Assembly (NCBI RefSeq): GCF_006345805.1
Contig: NC_043001.1
Location: 129,952,001 to 130,016,000, forward strand
DNA: 64,000 bases
Origin: Octopus sinensis
Taxonomy: Eukaryota
Direction: 5' to 3'
Shown here: positions 1-11,335 of the stretch, one piece after another
Layout of the letters: each line of letters begins with the position of its first letter
How positions within the stretch are numbered: the first letter of the stretch is position 1
Made by a program: the position numbers and the translations under genes
Notes under the pieces: generated by a model
What the model was told of the DNA's origin: nothing
The model's database searches: none
Seen by the model: the letters and a program-made list of their open reading frames with translations, nothing else

Positions 1-2372
1 ACAACAACTAATTACTATAGAAATTGTCTCAGTGGTGAAAGGAAAAGGATAAGATGATAACACTGATGATAAGAGGCTGTAAAATATTTAACTGATAGCT
101 TACTTTGAACACAATGAACAAGGTAGCTTTTAGCTGCTGTAGAGGTGTTACAATGAGTCAAGACATCACTGGAGCTGGAAGCATTGAATTAAGACAGAAT
201 TTAGCAATTGCAAAAGTGTTAAGATGTACAGAGATAAATATCTGAACAACACTTGAGCTGGGAATATTGAACTATTTAGGGAACCAACTGGGAATATTGA
301 ATATATAGCTGTTATAAAAGGTCTTTCAATGTATTGAGTTAATTGCTAAGACAATTGAGATACTAGAATAGGCCTTAGGGGCCAATCTGTGACTGCATTG
401 AATAAGGGACTTTATTTCCAATAGGAAGTAACCAAAAGCAAAACACCAACTGAAGCCAGGAGCAATTTCTGTCTCAAAAATGGTTATGAGCCATCTCTTT
501 TCATTCGTGAAGTTCAGATTGGTTGTCAATGTTACCAATGAGCGTTATGGTTTGAATAACTCCAACTAGGTGAGAGGCTAAGACTGAGAACACAAGTCCA
601 AAGACATGTAATGATATACAATAAATATACACTTAGATATTAATTCCTTATTTTCATAATTTCTTATTCTTTTTCTGGAATCTGCATGCAAATTAAAAAC
701 ATAATTAATAAAATTTTAGGAGCTGGTTATCTTGGAAATAAAAACGTAATTTAAATAAGCTTCTAGCAAACAAGGTCTGACTCTTAATTTGATTCCTGGC
801 AGTGGTTATTTCATTTACTCTTGGGAAATATATGAGTTTTACAATTGTGATTTTTCCCCCAAATGTGTAAATCTTGCTTACTGTTGTAAAAATGTAGTGA
901 GGCATCTCCAACAAGCAAGTTAATACATGTGTAACCTAACATACATTATTATGTAGCTTGCAACTTCCATATGAGTAATTACATTTGCATATTTTTCTGC
1001 ATTTCAAAAAAAAATCATTTGCTGCACTTGACTAACAATTTTATTTTGTTTTATTTCGTAATATACTATCAGTTATATTTTTAGATTTTGCACATTTAAT
1101 AGTATGTTTAATAATGTTGAAATACTAAAATCATTTAATTAATATAATGGCTTAAATTAAAAATGTCTCCCCCAGACCCTTCCTCAAAATATTCTGATAA
1201 AAAGGGGGGTGGGGGGAATCTGTTCCAAATTTGATTTCATTCTTGGCATACATCTCAATCATGCCACCTAAACTCATAAAATCAGTCAGACTACTGTAAA
1301 CAATTGTTTACAATTTGATAAAGCCAAGATCTTAGTGAAAGCACATTCTAATATTCTGAGAATGAAAAAACCACTTACTAAAAGCTAAGCAAATATGTTT
1401 CTTCTTAATTTACCCTCACACAAATAAAATTCCTTAAAAACTTAGGAAAATTTAATATATTTATTTTTATAACAATTAGTAAAATAATATTTTGATTGGT
1501 TATAAGTTTCCAACAGATCAATCACTTGTCCACTGCCTCTGATGGTGAGGGGAAACAATTCTTGTTGCATAATGTGAAAAAACCACCACCGCCATCATCA
1601 TTCAGCATACCCTTCATCATATCCGACAGTGTTGGCATACCCCATGTGAAGAATATAGTGTAAAGAGGTTGGATACCACAGAACAGACAACAGACGTATT
1701 ATTTGTTATTGATTTATTTTTGTTTATTTTTGTAATGTATTATAAGTTTTATTTTTATATTCTATGCATTTAACATCATGTTTAATGATATTGAATTACA
1801 AAAATTGTTTAATAGCTTAAATTAAAAATATCTCTGAGAGTGTTTGTAACTTGGGAAAGAATAAACTCACCAGTAACTTCACTGAAAAAGAGCTTGTCTT
1901 TCAGTTTTCTAACTGAAACTTACATCATTTCACAAGGTAATACAATAACATGCATGCATGAATACATATAAACTAAAAGATTCAACTTCTGGCTACCAAA
2001 TTCTACATGCAACTTATTGGTCAGCTGAGGGTTCAGGTAGGAGTAACATGCCCAAGATGCTGCACAATGGGATCAAAACCAAAAACATATATATATATAT
2101 TACGTAAGACAAAAAAAGGGATTCAAAAATCCATGCAGATATCAATAACCCACTTAGTTTTAAATTAATTTGGTTAACTATATCCAACTGTCAGACACCA
2201 ATAAATGCAAGTAGAATACCCATCTAAGGTAATTCCTCATATACGACAAGTAGATCCAAGTATCATTTAGAAGAATTTTGAGAAATTCAGACAATTAGAC
2301 AACAAAAATATGTATAGAGAAAAGTACATCTTTAATTGTAAAATTCCCCATATAAAACTGACAATTGTTTCT

Positions 2373-2606
2373 TATTTTTTATTGCCCACAAGGAGATAAA
2401 CGTAAAGGGGACAAACAAAGACAGACAAAGGGATAAAGTCAATTAGATCGACCCCAGTACGCAACGGGTACTTAATTTATCGATCCCGAAAGGATGAAAG
2501 GCAAAGTCGACCTCAGCGGAATTTGAACTCAGAACGTAACGGCAGACGAAATACCGCTAAGCATTTTGCCCAGTGTGCTAACGTTTCTGCCAGCTTGCTG
2601 CCTTTT
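2373..2606 (-). mobile_element. tRNA-derived SINE, family B, full length
   Basis: Minus strand reads ggcagcaagctggcagaaacgttagc...gttctgagttcaaattcc (A/B-box-like). Flanked by a 15-bp TSD ctgacaattgtttct (2358-2372, 2607-2621). Many copies in the window. Confidence 0.9.
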
Positions 2607-4304
2607 CTGACAATTGTTTCTGTTGTATTAACATCTTTAGATATAGAAAATATCATTAAAATTAATATTTCTGAAAATACATGTTAACACAACATTTTCA
2701 AGGACCGAAAATAAAATTAGGTACATTCAAAGTTAACTAAGGAAATATTTCCAGTACTAATACATCCCTGTACTAATTATGAAAATTAACATTTTATGAG
2801 AACAATAAATTTGAATTATGCTAAAAGCAGACAGTGGAGTATGAAATGTTGTTGAAGGATCCTCTGCTCCAGACAAGAATGTAATTAAGCAACCAAGTTA
2901 CTAAGCTTTTACCCATCCCTACTTCTCAACACATTTTTCTACCCCCACCACACCCTTCCTTATACTACTACAGTCAAATATTTCAGCTATATAACTACTA
3001 ACTAAACCAATTCTCTTTCATTTCTGAGACTTACTATGACTAACTTGTCAATCACTCTTCCATTTCCACCCAACCAACCCTGATACTATCTCATTTACCT
3101 CTTATTTCCCTTGACTTTCTAGTGATCCTTTTAGACACATTCCGACCATCCTGCAGGCAAGATATATTTCCACTTAATTTTGCAAGTCATAGTCCTTCAG
3201 CTTGGCAACACACACCTTCATTTCTCTGTCTCTCATTTTGTGCGTACATTAGTGTCTATCTTTCTCTTTGAATGATATACATACATACAAACATACATAC
3301 ATGCATATATATATATATGTTCCCTCATGTACACAGCACACTCATGCCATCATAATCACACACTATGTGACTAACCTAATCCAATTGACATTCTCCCAGC
3401 ATACCAACTGCTTTCTCTTCCGGAAGATTCTTTCTTTCTTTCTTTCCTCCAAGGAAATACCTAAATTCCCTGTAATCTCCCTTACCTTCTTAGAAAATTC
3501 ATCACTACACCACTTTGCTTTTCATTCATTTTCTTCTAGAATATTCATTAAATCTTTCCTTACTCGTCTTATTCCTTCCTGTACCCCTTTTTCTTAAACT
3601 ATTTACTCCACTCCACTTTATCTAACCCACCTCTTATATACAATACCTACCCTTATCCTCTTATCCAAACTCTATCACTACTTTTATCCTTACCATCAAA
3701 GCCATCTCTCCCACCCTTAATATGTACTCATTTTACAGACAGTTTATCTCCCATCCCTCACCACTAGTCCACATTTACTTTCAACACTATTTAACCACTT
3801 ATCTAACTACCTCCTGCTCTCCTTTTCTAAATTAATTCCCCCTTCATCCTTCAGCATCTATTATATATTTTGCATCCTGATTGTTTACTTGCTTCCTTAA
3901 ATATTTCCAACCCTATCATTTTGACTCTATTCACCAAACCATGTGATCGATTCAGTTCATCCTACATTACATCATCTACTAATGTCCTCCTTATTTAAGG
4001 ACAAATCTTTAAAAGTAATCTGTTCCCTAAATCTTTGGGGAATTCTCAGAGTGTCACCCAGGAGTTAGGGATGATTTTAATGAAATATAGAGTTCTGAGG
4101 AAATCAATCAAAACCCAGGTAGTGAGTTCAAATGGGCAGTCATAATGATGCAGTCAATAAAGTAATGTTCTCTTGGTTAAAGAGTTTATGGGTTCCTATC
4201 CTGTCATTAATACAGGGTTATGTCTTTGGCCAAGGGAGTGAATGAACTGCTGCATTAATTATGTTAGTTGCCAGTCAGCTTGTCTTTTAGTATATTTATA
4301 TACA

Positions 4305-4462
4305 TAGGAGTGGCTGTGTGGTAAGTAGCCTGCTTACCAACCACACGGTTCCAGGTTCAGTCCCACTGCATGGCACCTTGGGAAAGTGTCTTCTATTATA
4401 GCCTCGGGCCGACCAAAGCCTTGAGAGTGGATTTGGTTGACGGAAACTGAAAGAAGCCTGTC

Positions 4463-4497
<35 letters not shown>

Positions 4498-4715
4498 GTA
4501 TATATATGTGTGTTTGTGTGTCTGTGTTTGTCTCCCCAGCATCGCTTGACAACCGATGCTGGTATGTTTACATCCGCATTACTTAGCGGTTCGGCAAAAG
4601 ACACCGATAGAATAAGTACTAGGCTTACAAAGAATAAGACCTGGGGTCGATTTACTCGACTAAAAGGTGGTGCTCCAGCATGGCCGCAGTCAAATGACTG
4701 AAACAATTAAAAAAG
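4305..4715 (+). mobile_element. tRNA-derived SINE, family A
   Basis: Head ggagtggctgtgtggtaag...ggttcagtccc, CORE-like ccttgggcaagtg motif, internal (TA)n(TG)n, tail ggtgctccagcatggccgcagtcaaatgactgaaac. More than 15 copies in the window. Confidence 0.9.
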
Positions 4716-4924
4716 AGAAAAAAAAAAAAAAGAGAGATATGTGGAGGTGCAATGGCCCAGGGGTTAGCCGGGTTGTATTGAAACTATACAGAATCCTATT
4801 AGATGGACTGCATTTGTAATTCAGAAGTTCAGCCCTATCACACTTTTATCATGCACATTTTACCTGAGAATTATATTTAGGGCAGATCCTTTGTGGAACA
4901 CAGCCACTTTACATGCTAGTTCAA

Positions 4925-5320
4925 TAAACAGGTTGTTCGGATCTTTTCGGTTTGAGCGTCAGTTTTTCCTAGCGGTGTCATATGAAATCGTCACCCATAA
5001 TTATGACCCTAGTATTGATCTATTGCATTTCAATCTGTTTTAGGGTTAGGGTTAGTTAGAGTTGGTTCGGGTTTGGAGTGGGGTGAAGGGTATCTTTTTT
5101 TCTTCACAAGTGTAAATAAACCCAATCTGTTTCTTAAACGAGGGACATATTCATATGGCACAGAATGTTTTTTAACTCAATGGACGTCATCGATTGGTTG
5201 AAATTGCAAAAATTGAAGAAAAAAAACAAATATCTTACAAACTATAGAATTTTCTCAATAAAGCCAAGAGAAAAAGATGTTTTATAAATACATTCTAGCA
5301 GCATACGAAGTTTAAAATTT
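4925..5320. mobile_element. Unclassified interspersed repeat with internal TTAGGG-like run
   Basis: CpG-richer block containing ttttagggttagggttagttag (about 5039-5060). Family assignment not possible from sequence alone. Confidence 0.4.
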
Positions 5321-5324
5321 TTTA

Positions 5325-5540
5325 GTTTGATTTTGATTTTGATTTTTCCAGTTTCAGCTCATGAGCTGTGGCCATGCTGGGGCACCGCCATTTGGTTTGC
5401 TACATGATTTTACCTCACGAATGCTTTTTAGCAACTGCCATTTGGTGTATGAGAGAGTTCGATGCAGCTGCCCTCATCTGCACCTCCTGCCGTGAAGTTG
5501 GTTCATCCGGGACACCTGACAGGAAGAGATCCAGTCCTAC
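5325..5540 (-). mobile_element. 3' end of a CR1/L2-group LINE (ORF2 C-terminus, 3'UTR, (AAATCA)n tail)
   Basis: 5534-5415 translates to LDLFLSGVPDEPTSRQEVQMRAAASNSLIHQMAVAKKHS*, matching the LD.FL..VPDEP...NSL..Q C-terminus of CR1/L2-group ORF2. Followed by a short UTR and a simple-repeat tail. Confidence 0.8.
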
Positions 5541-6989
5541 TTAGAAATTAAGTTACCTAGAAATTATGTTAAAAACTGCGGTTCAAACTGAAAAGATCCC
5601 AGGTTGTTCAGTTGATTAAACCACTGGATGCTCACAAGTCAAAAATGACATGATTTTTTCTGCTATTCCAAATAAGTTGAGCAATTTTATACAAGCTCTC
5701 ACTTTGGTTCAATTATCAGTTTGCAGATCAAGTAAGAAAAGGGAAAGGGTAATTTAGTTAAACCCTATCAAACAGACAAGAATATGACAAATAATTTTAC
5801 AGTTCACAGTGAGATTATCAAGCCACTTTCTCAAAAATAAAGAAAAGTGCTGCTAGGTACTGACCACAGAATAACTGTAATAACAACACTGTGAAATACT
5901 AACAGAAAGTTGCTGAGTAGTTATGAAATTTACAATGCAGAGATTGAATCTTAAATGATAAACATATTAAGTACTATCAAATATGAAAGTGGGGAGAATG
6001 GATGAGATGGAAATACAGTGTTTGGGAACAAAGGATTGCAGGGAATCAATAAACACCTTCTACAGCTAATATGCTTAATCTGAGAGCAAAGCAGTTACCA
6101 AGGGACAGGATAATTCGATGTTAGTAAGACAAATTGACTGAAAATTGATAATTAGAAGGGCAGTTTACAATGTTGAAATCAAATTTTCTCAAGGAGGGGA
6201 AATGAATTCAGAGAATAGAACCTGGCTACATGTCACAATGACCCTAATTAAGGTGAGAATGGAAAAACAAGAGAACTATTAAAATTCTTTTTTTTTTTTA
6301 ATGTAGTTCAAAATGCTGGCTGATTAATTAATTGATAAAGCAATCAATTAATTAATTTATTCATTTAATTAGGGCAGATATTTAAATCTGGTGGTATTTC
6401 ATTATTTTCTATGAATACATAATAATGCATACTATTTCTACATTTAATCAAAGCCTATGGGTCTGTAAGATGAGAGATCTCAATAAAAGTTGTAATTTGT
6501 TGCATTATTCAAGAATAACAAGAAGTTTCTAGAGAATTTATTTGTCTGCTAGGGAAAGAATTTTGTTAACTGCTACTCTGGATTTTGACTGGCAGCATGA
6601 ATGCATTTATGTAAATATCCATGAGTATATATTAACACATATATAAATATAATAACATCTATATATACACATAAAGGCATGTTGATATAATTGATATAGT
6701 TTTCACCACTAATACATGATGACATTCTAATATTTCAGTAGAAAATGCGCTTGGATCTTATCCTAGGAAGACTGAATGCAAACAAAGATAGGTCTGGAAG
6801 CAATAAATAACCATTAAAGCTCAGAATGTGGTGCAAGGAAACTTCAAAACATTATCTTTGGCAAAGTGATATTGTTTATGATAAATTATTTTTCACATCA
6901 GTACAGGTCATATATTTATAAAGGTGGAGCATAGTTGATAAACATCAACCACAGTTCATAGAAGGTAATTATTTTCATCAAAACGTGGA

Positions 6990-7445
6990 ACATCATCATC
7001 ATCATCATTTAACGTCCACTTTCCATGCTAGCATGGGTTGGACGATTTGACTGAGGACTGGCGAACCGGATGGCTGCGCCAGGCTCCTATCTAATCTGGT
7101 AGAGTTTCTACAGCTGGATGCCCTTCCTAATGCCAACCACTCTGAGAGTGTAGTGGGTGCTTTTACATGCCACCGGCATGAGAGCCAGTCTACTGGTACT
7201 GGCAACAGCCACGCTCGAAATGGTGCTTTTTATGTGTCACCTGCACAGGAGCGAGTCCAGCGGCACTAGCAATGATCTCGTTCAAATGTTTTGTTCATGT
7301 GCCATTAAGGCAACAATGGTAATGATCACGCTCAAATGGTGCTTTTTACGTGTCACTGGCACAGAAGCCAGACAGCCGCTCTGGCAGTGATCCCGCTAGG
7401 ATGGAGCTGTTAGCACTCCACTGGTACGGGTGCTAGTCATCGAAT
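6990..7445 (-). mobile_element. RTE-type 3' end (family C) with about 60-bp tandem units
   Basis: (CAT)n tail plus tttaacgtcc.ctttccatgctagcatgggttggacg and ggatgcccttcctaa.gccaacc, shared with the RT-bearing copy at 30232-31280. Confidence 0.8.
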
Positions 7446-7978
7446 TTGGTTCATGGAAGGCAAAGTCATCTAAGCAGAATTTGAACCAAAAAATCAAAAA
7501 GGGGAAAACTAAATGCTGTTAGGTATTTAGTAGGATAATCTACTTCTTTGCCTATCCCAGTAACCTAACTTGTCATCATCATTATAATTGTTTAACAACT
7601 GTGAAAAGAAAATATGTTCAGCCAGATTTTCTGCTGTGGATGCCCCATCTGTCAGTAACCCTCAGCTATTTCCAAGTAAGGTAATGTTTACTGCTGTTCA
7701 CCATGCCCACCAGTACATGAAACATGAACAGTGCAATGACAGCTTCATGAAATACTGCAAACAAATGACACTGCTTCTGTGATAATAACATTTATTTATA
7801 ACCAACATGATTTCAAGTTAAGGTGATATGAAAACACACATACATACACACACACGATAGGCTTCTTTCAGTATCTACCAAATCTACTCGTTGATTCAGG
7901 ACTATTGTAAAAGACATTAACTCAAGGTATCCCGAAGTGGAAATGAATATGAAACAACATGGTTAAGAAATAAATTAA

Positions 7979-8287
7979 CCCCTTACCCGGCAGAAACGAA
8001 TATATGCGTTTTGACCGAAATCGTTTTTTTTCTATCTCTGGCGAGTTAACTCGTCAAAAGATAGACTCGCCAAAATCGACAGCAAACGAGTTCCTTCGTC
8101 TAAAAACGGGTTAACTTGTTTCTGCCCAAAGCGGTAATTTAAAATCAATATTATTGAATTAAAATTCATAATAAATAAGGTTTGAAATATACCTCGAAAT
8201 CACCATTCAAAACATAGTAAAATAAAACAATTAAAAAATATGTCTGAAAAAATACATTTATTTTCAAAATAATTGTTGGGTAAGGGG
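7979..8287. mobile_element. piggyBac-type MITE
   Basis: TTAA TSDs (7975-7978, 8288-8291) and TIR ccccttaccc/gggtaagggg. Second copy at 49834-50009. Confidence 0.9.
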
Positions 8288-9112
8288 TTAAGCAAGACAG
8301 GGGAAGAAATGGAGAAGTTAGAGAAGAGAATGTTTAACTACACAGACAACACACTGCAGAATCCAGAAAAATGAGACAATGCTAAACATCTCAACCGTAC
8401 AGCCATGTTTGAACCTATAAAATGATACGTAATAAAAACATGAATAAACTGTGAGACGAATGTTTTACAGTTTGAAGATAAGTATTTATTCTTCCCATTT
8501 CTAATCTTAAATCACAATTATCTGACTCTTTTAGCCTTCTAAGGTCAGGGATGAGGACTCTCTTGCTCACAAATGAAATTGAAACTGGAGAAGGATTCCA
8601 AAAACTCACATGGAAAAAAAAAAAAAGAATAACAGTAATTTAATGTTATAAACCTATGAATTTGTAAAATTAAAAGTTATTGATTTTTCTCAGTACAAGT
8701 TCTTATGAACTTTCAATTTGCCTTTGGTACTATAAAATGCTTCCCATCCCTGCTCTAAGTGAACCTCAATCATACATATAAGTATAGACTATCCATTGAT
8801 AATTTTCTTTCAACAATGATTTCTGACGTTCTATATCTATTGCTGTGTTCTGAAAATTATGACAGCAATGTCAAAAGTGGTAATCGAAAACCTCAGCAAA
8901 ACAAGAGGATTTGTTGAAGACTGAAGATCAGAATGTAATACAACTACAATAATACAGTTCTATATTTAAGGCATGAGGAATTATTTACATTTGATGGATA
9001 TTTGTCCTCATCTTGTTTGTTGTTAATGTTTCGGCTGATATACCCTCCAAACTTCATCAGGTGTCTTGGGGAAATTTTGAACCTGGCTTCTCATTTCTAA
9101 GGTATTTTTCAA

Positions 9113-9154
9113 TGTCATTATCATTATTATCATTATTATCATTATTATTATCAT

Positions 9155-9187
<33 letters not shown>

Positions 9188-9528
9188 TATTATTATCATT
9201 ATTATTATCATTTTTATTATCATTATCATTGTCATTATTATTATCATCATTATTATTATTATCATTATCATTATCATCATTATTATTATTATCATTATTA
9301 TTATCATCATTATTATTATTATCATTATTATTATCATCATTATTATTATTATCATTATTATCATCATCATTATTATTATCATTATTATTATTATTATCAT
9401 CATTATTATTATCATTATTATTATCATCATTATTATCATCATCATTATTATTATCATTATTATTATAATCATTATCATTATAATCATTATAATCATTATT
9501 ATTATCATCATTATTATTATTATTATTC
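9113..9528. repeat. (ATT/ATC)n trinucleotide microsatellite, about 415 bp
   Basis: Directly visible. Produces the spurious poly-N/D, poly-I/M and poly-L/S ORFs. Confidence 0.98.
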
Positions 9529-9890
9529 AGATCACTGCCTGGAATCAAACTGTGGGATGAAGTTAAAATATCAGACAGACAACACCACTGGAAAATACGA
9601 AAACTAAAAGAAGCAGCACATATGCTAGGACACAACAATCTCCTAAGCAGACCGAGTGCAGATATGAATAGTATATGGGAACCAGTATTAAGGAAGGATA
9701 GGAAAATATTAGAATTATAAGCCCTACAATTCACCCCATAATTACCCATAATTATGGCATAGTAGTTAAGAGTGTGGGCTACTAAGCCCAAAGTACCGAG
9801 TTCGATTACAGGTAGTCATTTGAATAATAATAATAACATCAATATTGAAAAATACTTTAGGAATGAGAACCCAGGTTTGAAATTTCCCCA

Positions 9891-9936
9891 AACACCTGAT
9901 GAAGGCTGGAGGGTATATCAGCTGAAACGCTGTGTT
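9891..9936 (+). ncRNA. Degenerate minimal type I hammerhead ribozyme in PLE terminus
   Basis: AACAC-CUGAUGA-A-GGCUG[gagggtatat]CAGCU-GAAA-CG-CU-GUGUU. Stems I and II form, but the position expected to be U16.1 is C. Confidence 0.6.
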
Positions 9937-10154
9937 AGCAAGGAACAAGATGAGGATAAAGATCCGTCAAGATGTAAATAATGTAAATAATGTAAATAAT
10001 GTAAATAATGTAAATAATGTAAATAATGAACTACAATAATACACAAAACAAAGTTAGGTTTATTTCCATGTGTGACAACATGCTTGATTTAATTCAACTA
10101 CATATGTATAAATGTCTTCTTATGCTCATAATCAAATAGGATATAAATAGATAA

Positions 10155-10570
10155 TCATCATCATCATCGTTTAATGTCCGCTTTCCATGCTAGCATGGGT
10201 TGGACGGTTCAACTGGGGTCTGAGGAGCCCGAAGGCTGCACCAGGCCAGTCAGATCTGGCAGTGTTTCTACAGCTGGATGCCCTTCCTAACGCCAACCAC
10301 TCCGAGAGTGTAGTGGGTGATTTTATGTGCCACCGACACAGGTGCCAGACGAGGCTGGTGAACAGCCATGCTCGGATGGTGTTTTTTTTTATGTGCCACC
10401 GACACAGGTGCCAGACGAGGCTGGTGAACGGCCACGATCGGATGGTGTTTGTTACGTGCCCACAGCACGGAGGCCAGTCGATGTGGTACTGGCTACGACC
10501 ACGTTCGGATGGTTTTCTTATGTGCCACCGGCACTGGTACCACAAAGATACAAATTCCATTGATGTTCAT
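10155..10570 (-). mobile_element. RTE-type 3' end (family C) with about 66-bp tandem units
   Basis: (CAT)n tail and ggatgcccttcctaacgccaacc motif. Near-identical units gtgccaccgacacaggtgccagacgaggctggtgaac. Confidence 0.85.
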
Positions 10571-10924
10571 CTATAATAATAGATAGAAACACTTGAAGGA
10601 ACTGCTAACTTTGCTAACAACCTAAGGTTTCTGTTTCATGGAAACAGAAGTGCAAAGAAACTGAAATAGGGACTAACATTAAAGATAGGAACTGATATGA
10701 ACAAGAGATGTGACTGTGTGGACATGAACATGTAAAGGCAAAGAGACAATAACTGCTGAATGATAAAGGTTTGACAAGTGAACTAAGCAAGACAGGGGAA
10801 GGAGTGGCAAAGTTATATAAGAGAATGTTTAGCCTCAAAAACAACCCCTTGCAGAATCCAGATAAATGAGATTATGCCAAATTCATGCCCATAAACCCAT
10901 GCTACCATGAAAATACAGATGATG

Positions 10925-11335
10925 ATAGTCCTTTCTACTAAAGGCCCAAAGCCTGAAATCTTGGGGTAGGAGGATAGTCGATTACATTGACACCAGTGCT
11001 CGACTGGTACATTTTTCATTGACCCCAAAAGGATGAAAGGCAAAGCCAGCCTTTGAACTCAGAAGTTGAATTTGAACTTAGAACATAAAGACAGACAAAA
11101 TACCTATTTCTTTACTACCCACAAGGGGCTAAACACAGAGGGGACAAACAAGAACAGACAAACGGATTAAGTCGATTATATCGATCCCAGTGCGTAACTG
11201 GTACTTATTTAATCGACCCTGAAAGGATGAAAGGCAAAGTCGACCTCGGCAGAATTTGAACTCAGAACATAGCGGCAGACAGAATACTACTAAGCATTTT
11301 TCCCGGCATACTAACGATTCTGCCAGCTTGCCACC
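10925..11335 (-). mobile_element. Two adjacent family B SINEs (partial variant plus full copy 11106-11335)
   Basis: Two occurrences of ggatgaaaggcaaag...gaatttgaactcagaac. Confidence 0.85.

Larger units (their letters stand above)
8985..10030 (+). mobile_element. Penelope-like element: inverted 5' terminal copy, GIY-YIG C-terminus, 3' terminal region with (GTAAATAAT)n tail
   Basis: About 9530-9720 encodes SLPGIKLWDEVKISDRQHHWKIRKLKEAAHMLGHNNLLSRPSADMNSIWEPVLRK..*, like PLE GIY-YIG C-termini. 8985-9112 is the reverse complement of about 9840-9985. Confidence 0.8.

Noticed and set aside
60-600. Possible CR1-type endonuclease remnant (minus), and similar weak RT hints at 4010-4290, 5700-6290 and 22560-22900
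   Set aside because: Motif matches are too degraded to call without a profile search.
7600-7790. Hydrophobic minus-strand exon candidate (FHEAVIALFMFHVLVGM), and a 25-nt candidate at about 13300
   Set aside because: Both lie inside copies of the same old repeat 3' half.
9013-9791. Long ORFs of 151-244 aa (poly-N/D, I/M, L/S)
   Set aside because: They are translations of the (ATT/ATC)n microsatellite.
10320-10540. CRISPR-like repeat-spacer array
   Set aside because: The units are whole-length tandem duplicates in an RTE-type 3' region of a eukaryote, with no cas genes and no unique spacers.
10640-10900. Selenoprotein or mitochondrial-code reading of recurrent in-frame TGA
   Set aside because: A TAA lies in the same frame, no SECIS or mitochondrial gene similarity is seen, and ordinary decay explains it.
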